Shown piece after piece: positions 61,931 to 64,000 of a stretch of 64,000 nt of DNA; position 1 is the stretch's first letter; every line of letters begins with the position of its first letter. A model generated the notes under the pieces. That model was not told the DNA's origin. It saw only the letters and a program-made list of their open reading frames with translations, and did no database searches. Where the stretch lies: contig JAZDPK010000048.1 in NCBI GenBank assembly GCA_043797615.1, forward strand, positions 22-64,021. Reading direction: 5' to 3'. The translations under genes were made by a program, and so were the position numbers. The DNA is from Parcubacteria group bacterium. GTDB lineage: Bacteria; Patescibacteriota; Patescibacteriia; UBA11705; JABHMO01.

Positions 61931-63898
61931 ATGTCCAAGATACTTGGCATCGATCTCGGCACCACGAACAGCTGCGTCGCCATCATGGAAGGCGGGCAGC
62001 CGAAAATTTTAGAAAACAAGGAAGGCAATCGCACCACGCCTTCGATCGTCGCGATTTCAAAGACCGGCGAACGCCTGGTCGGTTTGACCGCGAAAAGGCA
62101 GTCGGTGACCAATCCGAAAGACACGATTTTTTCCGTGAAACGGCTGATCGGCCGGCGGTTCGACAGCGACGAAGTGAAGCGCGACAAGGAAGTTTTGCCT
62201 TACGAAATCGTCAAATCCGGCAACGGCGTGAAAATAAAAATGTCGGGCAAGGAATATACGCCGGAAGAAATTTCCGCGATGATTCTGCAAAAATTGAAAG
62301 CGGACGCGGAAGACCGGCTCGGCGAAAAGATCGAAGAAGCGATCATCACCGTTCCCGCCTATTTCGACGATTCCCAGCGCCAAGCCACGAAGGTCGCCGG
62401 CGAAATCGCCGGCCTTAAAGTCCGCCGCATCATCAACGAGCCGACGGCTGCGGCTTTGGCGTACGGCTTCGGCCAAAAGAACGGCGGCGCGAAAGGCAAG
62501 CAAATCGCGGTTTACGATCTGGGCGGCGGCACTTTTGACATTTCCATTCTCGATGTCAGTTCCGACACCGTTGAAGTGAAATCAACCAACGGCGACACGC
62601 ACCTTGGCGGCGACGATTTCGACCGAAAAATAATCGATTGGATAATCAACGAATTCAAAAAGCAAAGCGGCCTGGATTTGAGCCGCGACGTGATGGCGCT
62701 CCAGCGCGTGAAGGAAGCGGCGGAAAAAGCCAAAATCGAATTGTCCACTTCGCAGGAAACGGAAATCAACCAGCCGTTCATCGGCCAGGACAAGGACGGC
62801 AGTCCGGTTCATTTGGTCATAAAATTATCAAGATCGAAAATGGAAGAGCTTGTTTATCAATTGGTGGAAAATACGATCGCGCCGTGCCAGGCGGCATTGA
62901 AAGACGCCGGTTTGGGCGTGGGCGATTTGGATGAAGTGATCCTGGTCGGCGGCATGACCCGCATGCCGTTGGTTTTGAAAAAAGTGGAAGAATTTTTCAA
63001 GAAAAAACCGAATATCAGCGTCAATCCCGACGAAGTGGTGGCGGCCGGAGCGGCGGTGCAAGCCGGAGTTTTGCAAGGCGACATAAAAGACGTTTTATTG
63101 TTAGACGTTACGCCGTTGTCGCTGGGAATTGAAACGCTGGGCGGCGTGATGACAAAATTAATCGAAAGAAATACGACCGTGCCGACTCAGAAAACCCAAG
63201 TTTTCTCAACGGCCAGCGACAGCCAAACGACCGTGGAAATTCACGTTCTGCAAGGCGAGCGCGAAATGGCCGATGGAAATAAAACGCTCGGCAGATTCAT
63301 TCTCGACGGCATACCGAACGCGCCGCGCGGCATTCCGCAGATCGAAGTGACTTTCGACATCGACGCGAACGGCATTTTGAACGTGAAAGCGAAGGACAAA
63401 GCCACGAGCAAAGAACAGAAAATCACGATCACCGCATCTTCGGGTTTGAGCAAGGATGAAGTCGAAAAAATGAAAAAGGACGCGGAAGCGCACGCCGAGG
63501 AAGACAAAAAGAAAAAAGAGCAGATTGAAATAAAGAATCAGGCCGATTCAGTTGTTTACGCCACGGAAAAAATGATTAAAGACGCTGGCGACCCCTCGAC
63601 AAGCTCGGGGCAGGCGAAGATTCCGGAGGATGTTAAAAAAGATTTGACCGATAAAATTGAAGATCTGAAAAAGATTAAAGACGGCGAAGACACGGACGCG
63701 ATAAAAAAGAAATTGGAAGAGATAAATCAGATCGCGATGAAGTTGGGAGAAGCGATGTATAAGCAGCAGGGCGAACAAGGCAAACAGGGCGGACAAGGCG
63801 AAAATGGCAAAACAGAAGAACCCTCCTCCGCCAAGGCTTCGGAGGGCGAGCCGAAAAACGAAAAGACCGAAGAAGGAAATTTCACCGAGAAAAAGTAA
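61931..63898 (+). CDS. dnaK: molecular chaperone DnaK (Hsp70)
   Basis: 655 aa. [35 protein letters not shown] and a Gly/Gln/Glu-rich tail. Confidence 0.97.
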   Translation: MSKILGIDLGTTNSCVAIMEGGQPKILENKEGNRTTPSIVAISKTGERLVGLTAKRQSVTNPKDTIFSVKRLIGRRFDSDEVKRDKEVLPYEIVKSGNGVKIKMSGKEYTPEEISAMILQKLKADAEDRLGEKIEEAIITVPAYFDDSQRQATKVAGEIAGLKVRRIINEPTAAALAYGFGQKNGGAKGKQIAVYDLGGGTFDISILDVSSDTVEVKSTNGDTHLGGDDFDRKIIDWIINEFKKQSGLDLSRDVMALQRVKEAAEKAKIELSTSQETEINQPFIGQDKDGSPVHLVIKLSRSKMEELVYQLVENTIAPCQAALKDAGLGVGDLDEVILVGGMTRMPLVLKKVEEFFKKKPNISVNPDEVVAAGAAVQAGVLQGDIKDVLLLDVTPLSLGIETLGGVMTKLIERNTTVPTQKTQVFSTASDSQTTVEIHVLQGEREMADGNKTLGRFILDGIPNAPRGIPQIEVTFDIDANGILNVKAKDKATSKEQKITITASSGLSKDEVEKMKKDAEAHAEEDKKKKEQIEIKNQADSVVYATEKMIKDAGDPSTSSGQAKIPEDVKKDLTDKIEDLKKIKDGEDTDAIKKKLEEINQIAMKLGEAMYKQQGEQGKQGGQGENGKTEEPSSAKASEGEPKNEKTEEGNFTEKK

Positions 63899-64000
63899 TT
63901 ATAAATTATCTATTGAGCTTAAAAGGGTTGAGCCTGCCGGCAGGCAGGCGAACCGCGGAATTTTCCAGCGGTTCGCGAAACCGGCCGTGCAGTGAATAAG

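Overview
This is a compact 64-kb bacterial chromosomal segment, annotated by eye from the sequence and the ORF track with no database searches. Product calls therefore rest on recognised motifs and gene context. Gene content and style (short housekeeping operons, many small membrane or Zn-ribbon ORFs, GxxExxY, DUF3048 and Bro-N genes, repeat-filled spacers) fit a small-genome, CPR/Patescibacteria-like organism, but that is inference.

Housekeeping genes:
- secE-nusG-rplK-rplA (-)
- gyrB (-)
- FtsW/RodA and rplY
- rpmE-prfA-prmC (-)
- lgt and tRNA-Asp
- infC-rpmI-rplT (-)
- smpB plus tmRNA (-)
- hrcA-grpE-dnaK behind a CIRCE operator

Accessory content:
1. A low-G+C type II R-M pair. Its methyltransferase is split by a frameshift in a T6 run.
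2. A RhuM-like pseudogene.
3. A surface-protein block (32.0-41.0 kb). It ends in three paralogous Cys-rich lipoproteins, one of 1225 aa with about 19 NCGxCG repeats, that share a C-terminal module I cannot name.
4. An envelope/glycan cluster: radical SAM, O-antigen-ligase-like, two GT4 and a GH-like/FG-GAP protein. It is interrupted by item 5.
5. An AT-rich defence island (43.8-51.9 kb). It holds a type I hsdM...hsdS pair with no hsdR in the window. Three cassettes sit between M and S (AlbA_2/Schlafen-like ATPase, an RNxxxAH HEPN-like protein, a PD-(D/E)xK-like protein), each bounded by duplicated hsdM-3' or hsdS-5' junction sequence.

Almost every spacer, including those inside ribosomal-protein operons, is filled by an imperfect palindrome of roughly 60-180 nt built from stuttered short words. 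Several hairpin families show compensatory changes between copies.

The two best candidates for something new are the cassette-loaded, hsdR-less type I locus and the Cys-rich lipoprotein family.
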